Shown here one piece after another: positions 15,662-22,913 of a stretch of 32,000 bases of DNA (positions within the stretch are counted from its first letter, which is position 1; each line of letters begins with the position of its first letter). Source of the stretch: Candidatus Poseidoniaceae archaeon (lineage in GTDB: Archaea > Thermoplasmatota > Poseidoniia > Poseidoniales > Poseidoniaceae); assembly GCA_943789275.1 (NCBI GenBank), contig CALSTM010000001.1, positions 598,585 to 630,584 of the forward strand. Direction: 5' to 3'. The notes under the pieces were generated by a model. It saw only the letters and a list, made by a program, of their open reading frames with translations. It did not search any database and was not told where the DNA came from. A program made the position numbers and the translations under genes.

Positions 15662-15734
15662 TGCTCGTACCGGGATTTGAACCCGGGTCGAAGGAATGAG
15701 AGTCCTTCATGATGGGCCACTACACTATACGAGC
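15662..15734 (-). tRNA. tRNA-Glu (anticodon CUC)
   Basis: Reverse complement: GCTCGTA TA GTGT AGTGGCCCA TCAT G AAGGA CTCTCAT TCCTT C-GACC CGGG TTCAAAT CCCGG TACGAGC A. The acceptor stem has 7 bp and the T-loop is GTTCAAATC. The anticodon loop is C-U-CUC-A-U. CCA is not encoded. Confidence 0.9.
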
Positions 15735-15819
15735 GTGGATAGTTTGGCCACCGTCACCCCGTATTTAGCCATCACGCTTTAGCAAGTTGTCAGGGGAAAG
15801 GGGGAAGGACAGTTTTCCA

Positions 15820-15885
15820 TTCACTTTCAGTTTTTGTTGAAAGTGAAAAAGGGAGTGCTGCGAGACTTTCACTGATTGACTTTCA
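15820..15885. promoter_or_regulatory. Cluster of four ACTTTCA motifs (one 10-bp-arm inverted repeat plus two direct GACTTTCA copies 14 nt apart) between tRNA-Glu and the small operon at 15936
   Basis: TTCACTTTCA (15820-15829) is followed by an 8-nt spacer and TGAAAGTGAA (15838-15847). GACTTTCA occurs at 15864-15871 and 15878-15885. Confidence 0.4.
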
Positions 15886-15935
15886 AAACACGGGTGTTTC
15901 CTCGCTTGATATACTGGTGCCGTACAGTTTGCTTC

Positions 15936-16193
15936 ATGGACAACAACCTTGACCCACTTGGAAACCTAAGACTCGGTGATATGAAATCATCAACTGAACA
16001 CTCGACGACGGCCTTATGGGCAGAGAAATCGACAACACTCTATGCTCACCCCAGCGGCAAGCTCCCATCTCGGTTTGCCGCTGTTGGGTGGCAACCTTGG
16101 CACCGACCAGGCGGATCAGGTGCATCTCTGGTGAGCACGACCGTTGCAGGACTAACCCGACGCAGCCAAATCGCCATTCGAGGTGAGGCTTAA
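15936..16193 (+). CDS. Possible small hypothetical protein (85 aa) whose stop overlaps the next start (TAATG)
   Basis: The evidence is only the ORF and the overlapping stop/start. A comparable ORF exists on the opposite strand, so coding status is uncertain. Confidence 0.3.
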   Translation: MDNNLDPLGNLRLGDMKSSTEHSTTALWAEKSTTLYAHPSGKLPSRFAAVGWQPWHRPGGSGASLVSTTVAGLTRRSQIAIRGEA

Positions 16194-16432
16194 TGAGTCG
16201 AACACAACGATTGCGCCAAGAAATTTCGACCTATCTTGCGAGTGTTGGCGAAGCGAACACAACGGATATTCTCGACCACGTCAATCAACGGTTCCGCTGG
16301 GGAGCGACCATGAATCAACTCGGGAATGTTTTGGCCAGAGATCGAAGATTTGTCAAAGTCGGTTTCGATGAAGGAACCGATATTGGCGGATTCCGCATGC
16401 GTGTCTGTGTCTGGTCGATTGCCAGCGCTTAG
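16193..16432 (+). CDS. Small (79 aa) winged-helix-like protein
   Basis: The ATG at 16193 is preceded by GGTGAGG. RQEISTYLASVGEANTTDILDHVNQRF..GATMNQLGNVLARDRRFVKVG looks like a helix-turn-helix plus wing. This is an inference. Confidence 0.6.
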   Translation: MSRTQRLRQEISTYLASVGEANTTDILDHVNQRFRWGATMNQLGNVLARDRRFVKVGFDEGTDIGGFRMRVCVWSIASA

Positions 16433-16470
16433 GACAAAGGAATCAAGACCTTTGCTCCTTAGGGAGTAGC

Positions 16471-17346
16471 ATGTCGGCAGATGTTCGGGCGTTCATTGAG
16501 TTGATGCGTCCAAAAAACATGGTGCTTGCTGCAATCACTGTACCACTTGGTGCTCTTTTTGGACTCAATGCATCGCTTACCGAACAACAGATGACTGCTG
16601 TCGTGATTCAAATCCTTTCAGTCCTTGCCTTCATGGGCGCTGGAAACGCCATGAACGATATCAAAGATGCTGCAATTGATGCACAAGCTCACCCGAACCG
16701 ACCACTCCCATCGCAGCGAATCAGTCTTGCGGCTGCAAAGAAGTTCGTTATCGTCTTGTGGCTAATCAGTTTCAGTTTCATGGTGGCTGGCGTCTATCTC
16801 CTCATGGAGAATGATGCGACTTGGTGGCCACTTGTCGCTATTTACGTCACCGCAGTAGCACTCATGCTCACCTATGATTTGGGACCAGAAACCAAAACCA
16901 AGGGACTCATCGGGAATGTTTCCATTTCGCTTATGGTTGCAGCAGTAATCTTGTACGGAGCAGCCACAGTTGATTCAATCACCCGACTTTCCTTCCTCGT
17001 TGCTGGCGTGGTGTTCTTCACGAACTTAGCACGAGAAATTGTCAAAGATTGCCAAGACATGCTCGCAGATGAAGGAGAACGGTATACCCTACCAATGAAG
17101 ATCGGTTTAGAGCGTGCTCGTATGTTGGCTTACGTGTTCATCATGGCGGGACTCGTGTGCTTGTACATCCCATACTGGAAGGGACCTTTCGAGTTCGGCC
17201 GGCTGGTCATGCAGACTCCTGCCATTCTGGTTCTCATTACTTTGAACGGCCCACTGTTTCAAGGTGATGATGTCATGGTATCAAGTCGTATCCGAGTGGC
17301 AATGCTGCTCGGACTCATGGGGTTCATACTTACGATGTTCGTATAA
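16471..17346 (+). CDS. UbiA-family prenyltransferase, probably digeranylgeranylglyceryl phosphate (DGGGP) synthase
   Basis: Polytopic membrane protein. The first Asp-rich motif is NAMNDIKDAAIDAQAHPNRPLPS and the second is KDCQDMLADEGERYTLP. Size (291 aa) is typical. Confidence 0.8.
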   Translation: MSADVRAFIELMRPKNMVLAAITVPLGALFGLNASLTEQQMTAVVIQILSVLAFMGAGNAMNDIKDAAIDAQAHPNRPLPSQRISLAAAKKFVIVLWLISFSFMVAGVYLLMENDATWWPLVAIYVTAVALMLTYDLGPETKTKGLIGNVSISLMVAAVILYGAATVDSITRLSFLVAGVVFFTNLAREIVKDCQDMLADEGERYTLPMKIGLERARMLAYVFIMAGLVCLYIPYWKGPFEFGRLVMQTPAILVLITLNGPLFQGDDVMVSSRIRVAMLLGLMGFILTMFV

Positions 17347-18315
17347 TCATTCGATGCTCATGAACTCGCCCATGGCATCCCATGCGCCATCGTTGATGAA
17401 GTAAGCAAGTAATGACATTTGAGCCCACATGCGGTTTTCGGCTTGGTCAAAAGCAATCGAGTGCTTGTGGTCCATAACCCAGTCGGTAACTTCGTCGCCC
17501 CGGTGTGCAGGCAAGCAATGCATGAACTTCCATGAATCATCCATGTGCGAAACCAGTTCTTCATTCACTTGAAAACCTTCAAACGACTTGATTTTATCTT
17601 TCATGTGTTCTTCGCCCATGGAAATAAACACGTCCGTGTAAACGACATGTGCATCCGAAACTGCTTCAACAGGATCGTTGGTCTCTACCACTTGACTGCC
17701 GTTCTTTTCAGCGAGTGCTTGTGTTCGCATGACCACTTCTTCATCCGGTTCATATCCTTTTGGAATTGCGTAATGGATGTCGATACCGAGCATAGCGCAA
17801 GCCAACATCAAGTCATGTAGGACATTGTTTCCGTCACCAACCCAAGCGACTTTGAGGTGTTCCAAGTCATCGAAATTTTCCAGTACAGTCATCAGGTCTG
17901 CTGCTGCCTGGCAAGGATGATGTTTGTCAGAAAGAGCGTTGATGACTGGAACATCAGCAAATTTAGCAAGTTCAACGACATCTGCGTGGGCAAAGCATCG
18001 ATAGGTCATTCCACCTAAGAAACGCGAAAGAACTTGAGAGGTATCGCCAACCGTTTCCGACTTACCAAGTTGAATGTCGTTCTTCAAGAGCGTCAAAGGA
18101 TAGCCCCCGAGACGGTTGATACCAACTTCAAAGGAAACTCGTGTGCGTGTTGATGGCTTCTCGTAAATCGAACCAATGGCCAAAGTGTCGAGCGGCATGA
18201 AGTTCTGAGCGACTTCGTCGCCTTGCTTCCAAAGTCGTTTGAATTCAATCGCCCATTTCAAAATCTTCTTGAAGTCTTCTTCGACATCGTCTATTGCAAG
18301 CAGGTGTTGTGCCAT
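17347..18315 (-). CDS. argF: Ornithine carbamoyltransferase
   Basis: Contains STRTR (carbamoyl-phosphate site), HPCQ, FISMG and HCLPAHRGDEV, the OTCase-type HCLP motif. Confidence 0.9.
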   Translation of the reverse strand: MAQHLLAIDDVEEDFKKILKWAIEFKRLWKQGDEVAQNFMPLDTLAIGSIYEKPSTRTRVSFEVGINRLGGYPLTLLKNDIQLGKSETVGDTSQVLSRFLGGMTYRCFAHADVVELAKFADVPVINALSDKHHPCQAAADLMTVLENFDDLEHLKVAWVGDGNNVLHDLMLACAMLGIDIHYAIPKGYEPDEEVVMRTQALAEKNGSQVVETNDPVEAVSDAHVVYTDVFISMGEEHMKDKIKSFEGFQVNEELVSHMDDSWKFMHCLPAHRGDEVTDWVMDHKHSIAFDQAENRMWAQMSLLAYFINDGAWDAMGEFMSIE

Positions 18316-18367
18316 GAGCCTTCCATTGAAAGGAGGCTTCTAAGTGTTATGAGTTGAAAAATTGCAA

Positions 18368-19186
18368 TCAATTCTTTTCGTGTTCAATGTCACTGGCGAA
18401 TCCGTCGCGTGCATCACTCATTCCACCGAACAATGCTTGAGCAAACGTCAAGATGTCTGCAAGGCCTTCTTCAAGTTCGGAAGAAAGAGGCGTGAGGCCG
18501 GGTGCCTGAGCGAATTCTTGCATCATTCGAAGTTGATTAATCGCGAACTCTGTTCGCTGTCCACCTGCTTCATCGTACAGTGCCATTTCCAAAATCTCAA
18601 GTCGTTCAGACCATTCAAGAATCTTCTCAAGTTCTTCCGGTTCGAGTAAGTCTGACTTTGAGAGGAAGTTCTTGGTCGGCAATCCAAGTCGGAATTCGAC
18701 AATGCTGGAGAGCAACATTTGCGAAACAAAACCTGACGGTGAGCGAGAAAGCATCGGGTCAAAGAGGTAAATAATGGCGGATTGTTCACGGCCAAGGACT
18801 TCGATGAGGTGATTGCTGGCTTCACGGAATGCAAACAATTCGACTTGTCCCGGAGTATCGACAATCATGACCTCACCGGTCAATGCATGGAGTTGAGCTG
18901 CGACATCGCCAGCCTGAGCGGCCAGTAAGTCTGCGGCTAAAATCTGAGCACCGTTCGGACCCAAATCATACTCTGCCATGACTTCTGTTAACGATATTAA
19001 ATCTCGAACGTCAAACTCAGCATCATAATGCACGCGTTCTGCTCCTGGATCGAGGTTGACAGCGATAGCATCGGTCTCTAAAAAGCGTGACCAGCGTTGG
19101 AATGAAGTTACCAACGAAGACTTTCCTGCACCTGCAGTTCCAACAACAAAAAGCACTGGGGGTGTGCCACTATCCATTCCGACCAT
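18368..19186 (-). CDS. GPN-loop GTPase
   Basis: Contains the P-loop GTAGAGKSS, the GPN motif YDLGPNGA and DTPGQVELF. The ATG at 19186 is preceded by GAGGA. The track ORF extends to 19234. Confidence 0.85.
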   Translation of the reverse strand: MVGMDSGTPPVLFVVGTAGAGKSSLVTSFQRWSRFLETDAIAVNLDPGAERVHYDAEFDVRDLISLTEVMAEYDLGPNGAQILAADLLAAQAGDVAAQLHALTGEVMIVDTPGQVELFAFREASNHLIEVLGREQSAIIYLFDPMLSRSPSGFVSQMLLSSIVEFRLGLPTKNFLSKSDLLEPEELEKILEWSERLEILEMALYDEAGGQRTEFAINQLRMMQEFAQAPGLTPLSSELEEGLADILTFAQALFGGMSDARDGFASDIEHEKN

Positions 19187-19310
19187 GTGTAATCCTCGAA
19201 ACCACCCTACATCAACATGATGGCACTGGCACACCTTTACCGACCAAACTGCGTTTTTTTTCTAAACTAAGGGGGCGAACGGTTATGTGCTCAATGAGTA
19301 TGGGGGTGTT

Positions 19311-19324
19311 GTTGCTTGAGCAAC
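19311..19324. promoter_or_regulatory. Perfect palindrome GTTGCT-TG-AGCAAC 20 nt upstream of the start of the large polyproline protein gene
   Basis: Read directly. It lies in the 157-nt divergent region shared with the GPN GTPase gene. Function is unknown. Confidence 0.25.
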
Positions 19325-19343
19325 CTATGCGGAGGAATTGAAT

Positions 19344-22300
19344 ATGAGCGAAGAAAAACCACCTATGCCACCCGGATTACCACCTATGCCTCCAATGCCT
19401 CCTGCTCCACCGGGTATGGACGCACCTCCTGCCCCTCCAATGGACGCTCCACCTGCTCCACCGGGTATGCCACCTATGCCTCCAATGCCAGAGATGGGCG
19501 CTCCGCCTGCTCCGCCTATGGACGCACCTCCTGCTCCGCCAGGTATGCCACCTATGCCTCCAATGCCAGAGATGGGTGCTCCGCCTGCTCCGCCAATGGA
19601 CGCACCTCCGGCTCCACCCGGCATGCCAGCAATGCCACCTATGCCAGAAATGAGCGCACCACCAATGCCGCCTATGCCTGAGATGGGTGCACCACCTGCA
19701 CCTCCAATGCCTGAAATGGATGCACCACCAATGGAAGCACCACCTGCACCTCCAATGCCTGAAATGGACGCTCCGCCAATGGACGCACCACCTGCTCCAC
19801 CAGGTATGCCACCTATGCCGCCAATGCCAGAGATGGATTCTGCACCTGCAGTTGATGCCTCCGCACTTCTTGGTGGCGCCCCTCCAGCACCTCCAATGCC
19901 TGAAATGGACGCTCCGCCAATGGACGCACCTCCAGCTCCACCAGGTATGCCACCTATGCCGCCTATGCCAGAGATGGATTCTGCACCTGCCGTTGATGCC
20001 TCAGCACTCCTTGGTGGCGCCCCTCCGGCACCTCCAATGCCAGAAATGGACGCTCCACCAATGGATGCACCACCTGCTCCTCCTGGTATGCCGCCAATGC
20101 CCCCTATGCCTGAAGCACCACCTGCAATGGATGGTGCTGCACTGCTCGGTGGCGCACCACCTGCACCCCCTGTGCCCGAAATGGAAACAGAACCTGCGCC
20201 TGATGCTGCCTCATTGCTTGGCGGTAGTGCAGCATTGCTTGGTTCACCTGTTGAAGAATCGACTGAAGAAGCAAAGGAGATTCCTGCTTTGCCGACCACA
20301 CTTGCTGCTGACCCAGTTCTTGGCACTCCGGACAATCTTGTCGGAGAACAAGCTGGTGCTGTCATTCGAAGCAGTGCCGAAGTTGATGAAGTCCTCGGCG
20401 ATAAACTCGAAGGTACCTTGCACGAGGTTGAAAAGTCGACATTGAACGCTGACGGTGAAATCGTCAAGCAGACGGTCAAAGGTTTGCTTACAGTGAACAA
20501 TCCATCTGCTGAAGACCGAATCTACGACATCGATGTTTTGCTTGATCACGCTGATTCAACCGATATCGGCGGAGACCACGTTTCCGTTGATGAATTGGAA
20601 GCAGGAACGAACTACAGTATGAAATACAAGGTCTCAGGAAAGCGAATGCTGGTTCTGCGAGAGCGTCTCGATACCAATCCAGCACGTTCCCAAGAACACT
20701 CGATGTCTGTCTCTTCCGGTGATGAAGGTGGCCCTGTTGCCATGGAACTTGAAGTTGAAAACACGGCGCCTGTGGCGATCCAAGGCGTTACTGTCACACG
20801 ACCTCTTCCAGACGAACTCACGTTCGAAAACACTGGAGTCGCGACCGTTGAAGGAAACGAACTCACATGGAATGTTGGGGACATGGCTGCAGGAGAAAAG
20901 CAAGTTCTCAGTGTTGAAGGAACCATCGTCGTAACCGGTACCAAAGCCATCGACGCAGGTGCAGCATCTGCGACCTACACATCCGATTCGACGCTCTCAA
21001 ACTTGAATTTCCGTGAACTCGATGCATTCTGCCGAGGCTTCTCTTACATGCGTGTACGTGAAGACGAACGGCCAGACAATTGGCTTTGCCGAACCACATT
21101 TGAAAACCGTTCTTCGTTCGCAGTCGATTTGGTGAAACTCCAAGTCCGAATGAAGGGAAGCGAAGATTTGCTGTTCGACATTGGCGATGTTCGTCAAGAC
21201 GTCAAACCTCATGGTAAGTGGGAAAGCGACGAGCGCTCCGTCATGGCACTCTCAAAGCCTGATTTCACCACAAACCTCGCTTATACCATATTGCCTCGTG
21301 CCTCACGAAGTACCGAAGGTTCCATCTCGTTGCAATCAAAGAAGTTCGAAGTCGTCGAAGCAGACTTGTCAAAGTCGTATTCGACCACTGGACTTCGTTC
21401 GTTCCGAAAGCAAACCGTTCACGCTACATTAACCCTAACCAACAACGGTTCGGCTGACATTAACTTGATGCGCATCACCGACGATATTCCAGGACTGTTT
21501 GAAGCTCCTGATGCCTCGAAGATTTCGATTAAGGTGAATGGAAAGGATATCGATGCTGATCAAATTAAAGCAGAAATCAACAGCGGTATTACCCTCGAAA
21601 AGAACAACCGTTCACCTGATGGTGATGGTTTCACCTACACCATTACGGTCGGAGCACGCGGTCCAGTAGGCCTCAAACCTGGAAAGAACATGACCATCGA
21701 CTACGAATTGGTTGCACCCGGTCCAACTGAACACGAAGGCCTCACGGTAAGCGCACCTGCTCGAACTGAATTCAGCGCAGAACGGTACGGACCAGTTTGT
21801 ACCCGAGACGCAACTGAAGCACCTTCCGTCAACATCATCCACAACCGAAGAAAGTTCGGTGCTGGTAAGATGACACAGAAAATCGGCGGAAAGGGACGGC
21901 ATGAAGTCTTGATTATGTTCAACAACGAAGGCGACACTGGACTGAAAGACGTCACACTCAAGGACGTCATTCCAGAAAATTTCGAGATTAAAGACTGGCT
22001 TATCCGTGGTAACGGAGACAAGCGAGATGACTGTGAAATGACCAGTGAAGAAGGCGAAGATGGAACACATCTCGCTTGGAACATCCCGTTGGTGAACAAG
22101 GGCGAAGAAATTATGATTTCCTTCGAAATCACTGGCCCAGGAGCCATTGACGGAGAACTCGGAAACATCTTCCACGGCGTTCACTTCGGCGACGAAGACG
22201 AATCCATCGACGTCCCTGCACCTGAGAAGGAAGAAGCTGAGGAAACGACCGAAGAATCAACTGAGGAAGCAATGGAAGAACCAGCCGCTGAAGAAGCGTC

Positions 22301-22772
22301 TGCTGAAGAGACTGCTGCTGAAGACTCCGAAGAGGATGCTGAACCAAAGGTCTCCTGGAGAGAAGATGTCTTACTCCGAGTCATGGCCGCTGCTGGTATT
22401 GATGAAAGCAACCGTGATGCATTTGTTGCTCACGCTGCAAACTTCGATTTGGACGACAACGGTTACCTCAAGAAGGCAGAACTTGAAGCTGCAGCTGAGG
22501 CATGGAACTCTGAAGATACTGAAGAAACACCTGCTGAAGAAGCAACTGAAGAGCCGGCCGCTGAAGAAGCACCTGCTGAAGAAGCACCTGCTGAAGAAGC
22601 AACCGAAGAGCCGGCCGCTGAAGAAGCAACTGCTGAAGAAGCAACCGAAGAGCCGGCCGCTGAAGAAGCACCTGCCGAAGAAGCCTCTGCTGAACAAAAG
22701 GCATGCCCGATTTGCGCAGCAATGAACGATGCTGATGCAACCTCGTGTTCGGTTTGTTCGTTTACCTTCTGA
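19344..22772 (+). CDS. Large multidomain protein without signal peptide or TM segment: polyproline N-terminus of about 290 aa, beta-sandwich (DUF11/CARDB-like) repeats, acidic E/A/P repeats, one canonical EF-hand loop and a C-terminal CPxC...CxxC zinc ribbon
   Basis: The ATG at 19344 is preceded by GGAGGA (19331-19336). PPMPPMPEMDAPPAPPGM-type repeats are present. Beta-sandwich segments include VENTAPVAIQGVTVTRPLPDELTF...LTWNVGDMAAGEKQVLSVEG, TLTNNGSADINLMRITDDIPGLF and MFNNEGDTGLKDVTLKDVIPENF. The EF-hand loop is DLDDNGYLKKAE (22446-22481). The acidic repeat is EEATEEPAAEEAPAEE. The zinc ribbon is CPICAAMNDADATSCSVC (from 22704). Confidence 0.9.
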   Translation: MSEEKPPMPPGLPPMPPMPPAPPGMDAPPAPPMDAPPAPPGMPPMPPMPEMGAPPAPPMDAPPAPPGMPPMPPMPEMGAPPAPPMDAPPAPPGMPAMPPMPEMSAPPMPPMPEMGAPPAPPMPEMDAPPMEAPPAPPMPEMDAPPMDAPPAPPGMPPMPPMPEMDSAPAVDASALLGGAPPAPPMPEMDAPPMDAPPAPPGMPPMPPMPEMDSAPAVDASALLGGAPPAPPMPEMDAPPMDAPPAPPGMPPMPPMPEAPPAMDGAALLGGAPPAPPVPEMETEPAPDAASLLGGSAALLGSPVEESTEEAKEIPALPTTLAADPVLGTPDNLVGEQAGAVIRSSAEVDEVLGDKLEGTLHEVEKSTLNADGEIVKQTVKGLLTVNNPSAEDRIYDIDVLLDHADSTDIGGDHVSVDELEAGTNYSMKYKVSGKRMLVLRERLDTNPARSQEHSMSVSSGDEGGPVAMELEVENTAPVAIQGVTVTRPLPDELTFENTGVATVEGNELTWNVGDMAAGEKQVLSVEGTIVVTGTKAIDAGAASATYTSDSTLSNLNFRELDAFCRGFSYMRVREDERPDNWLCRTTFENRSSFAVDLVKLQVRMKGSEDLLFDIGDVRQDVKPHGKWESDERSVMALSKPDFTTNLAYTILPRASRSTEGSISLQSKKFEVVEADLSKSYSTTGLRSFRKQTVHATLTLTNNGSADINLMRITDDIPGLFEAPDASKISIKVNGKDIDADQIKAEINSGITLEKNNRSPDGDGFTYTITVGARGPVGLKPGKNMTIDYELVAPGPTEHEGLTVSAPARTEFSAERYGPVCTRDATEAPSVNIIHNRRKFGAGKMTQKIGGKGRHEVLIMFNNEGDTGLKDVTLKDVIPENFEIKDWLIRGNGDKRDDCEMTSEEGEDGTHLAWNIPLVNKGEEIMISFEITGPGAIDGELGNIFHGVHFGDEDESIDVPAPEKEEAEETTEESTEEAMEEPAAEEASAEETAAEDSEEDAEPKVSWREDVLLRVMAAAGIDESNRDAFVAHAANFDLDDNGYLKKAELEAAAEAWNSEDTEETPAEEATEEPAAEEAPAEEAPAEEATEEPAAEEATAEEATEEPAAEEAPAEEASAEQKACPICAAMNDADATSCSVCSFTF
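19750..20172 (+). repeat. Three tandem 141-nt (47-aa) coding repeats inside the polyproline region
   Basis: Units start at 19750, 19891 and 20032. Units 1 and 2 differ at 7 nt, all synonymous. Unit 3 is more diverged. Confidence 0.9.
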
Positions 22773-22913
22773 ACGTGAGACGCTTTACAACCGCCGAATG
22801 TTGGTGGTTTGACATGAGTTCTGTAAACGTAGTTGCAGTGTAAGCATGCACACTTAGTGAGAGCATCAATTCTGAAACATCCTTTGATAAACATCACCGA
22901 CCGGCATCGGCTC

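Noticed and set aside
15740-16193. Possible structured RNA gene (SRP/7S RNA or RNase P RNA) between tRNA-Glu and the small wHTH gene, prompted by ACCAGGCGG...GCAGCCAA resembling part of the SRP helix 8 sequence
   Set aside because: I could not find the GGAA/GNAR tetraloop context or the symmetric-loop motifs of SRP RNA. I also could not find the GAGGAAAGTCC-type CR-I motif of RNase P. It is left as a low-confidence ORF or untranslated region, and a covariance-model scan (Rfam/Infernal) would settle it.
19325-20500. A 391-aa Gly-rich ORF (GGAGGASIGGASISGIGG...) on the minus strand
   Set aside because: It is the antisense mirror of the polyproline repeats, because CCN codons read backwards give GGN. 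The plus-strand frame has an SD-preceded ATG, continues for 1142 aa into clearly structured domains, and its repeats show synonymous-only divergence.
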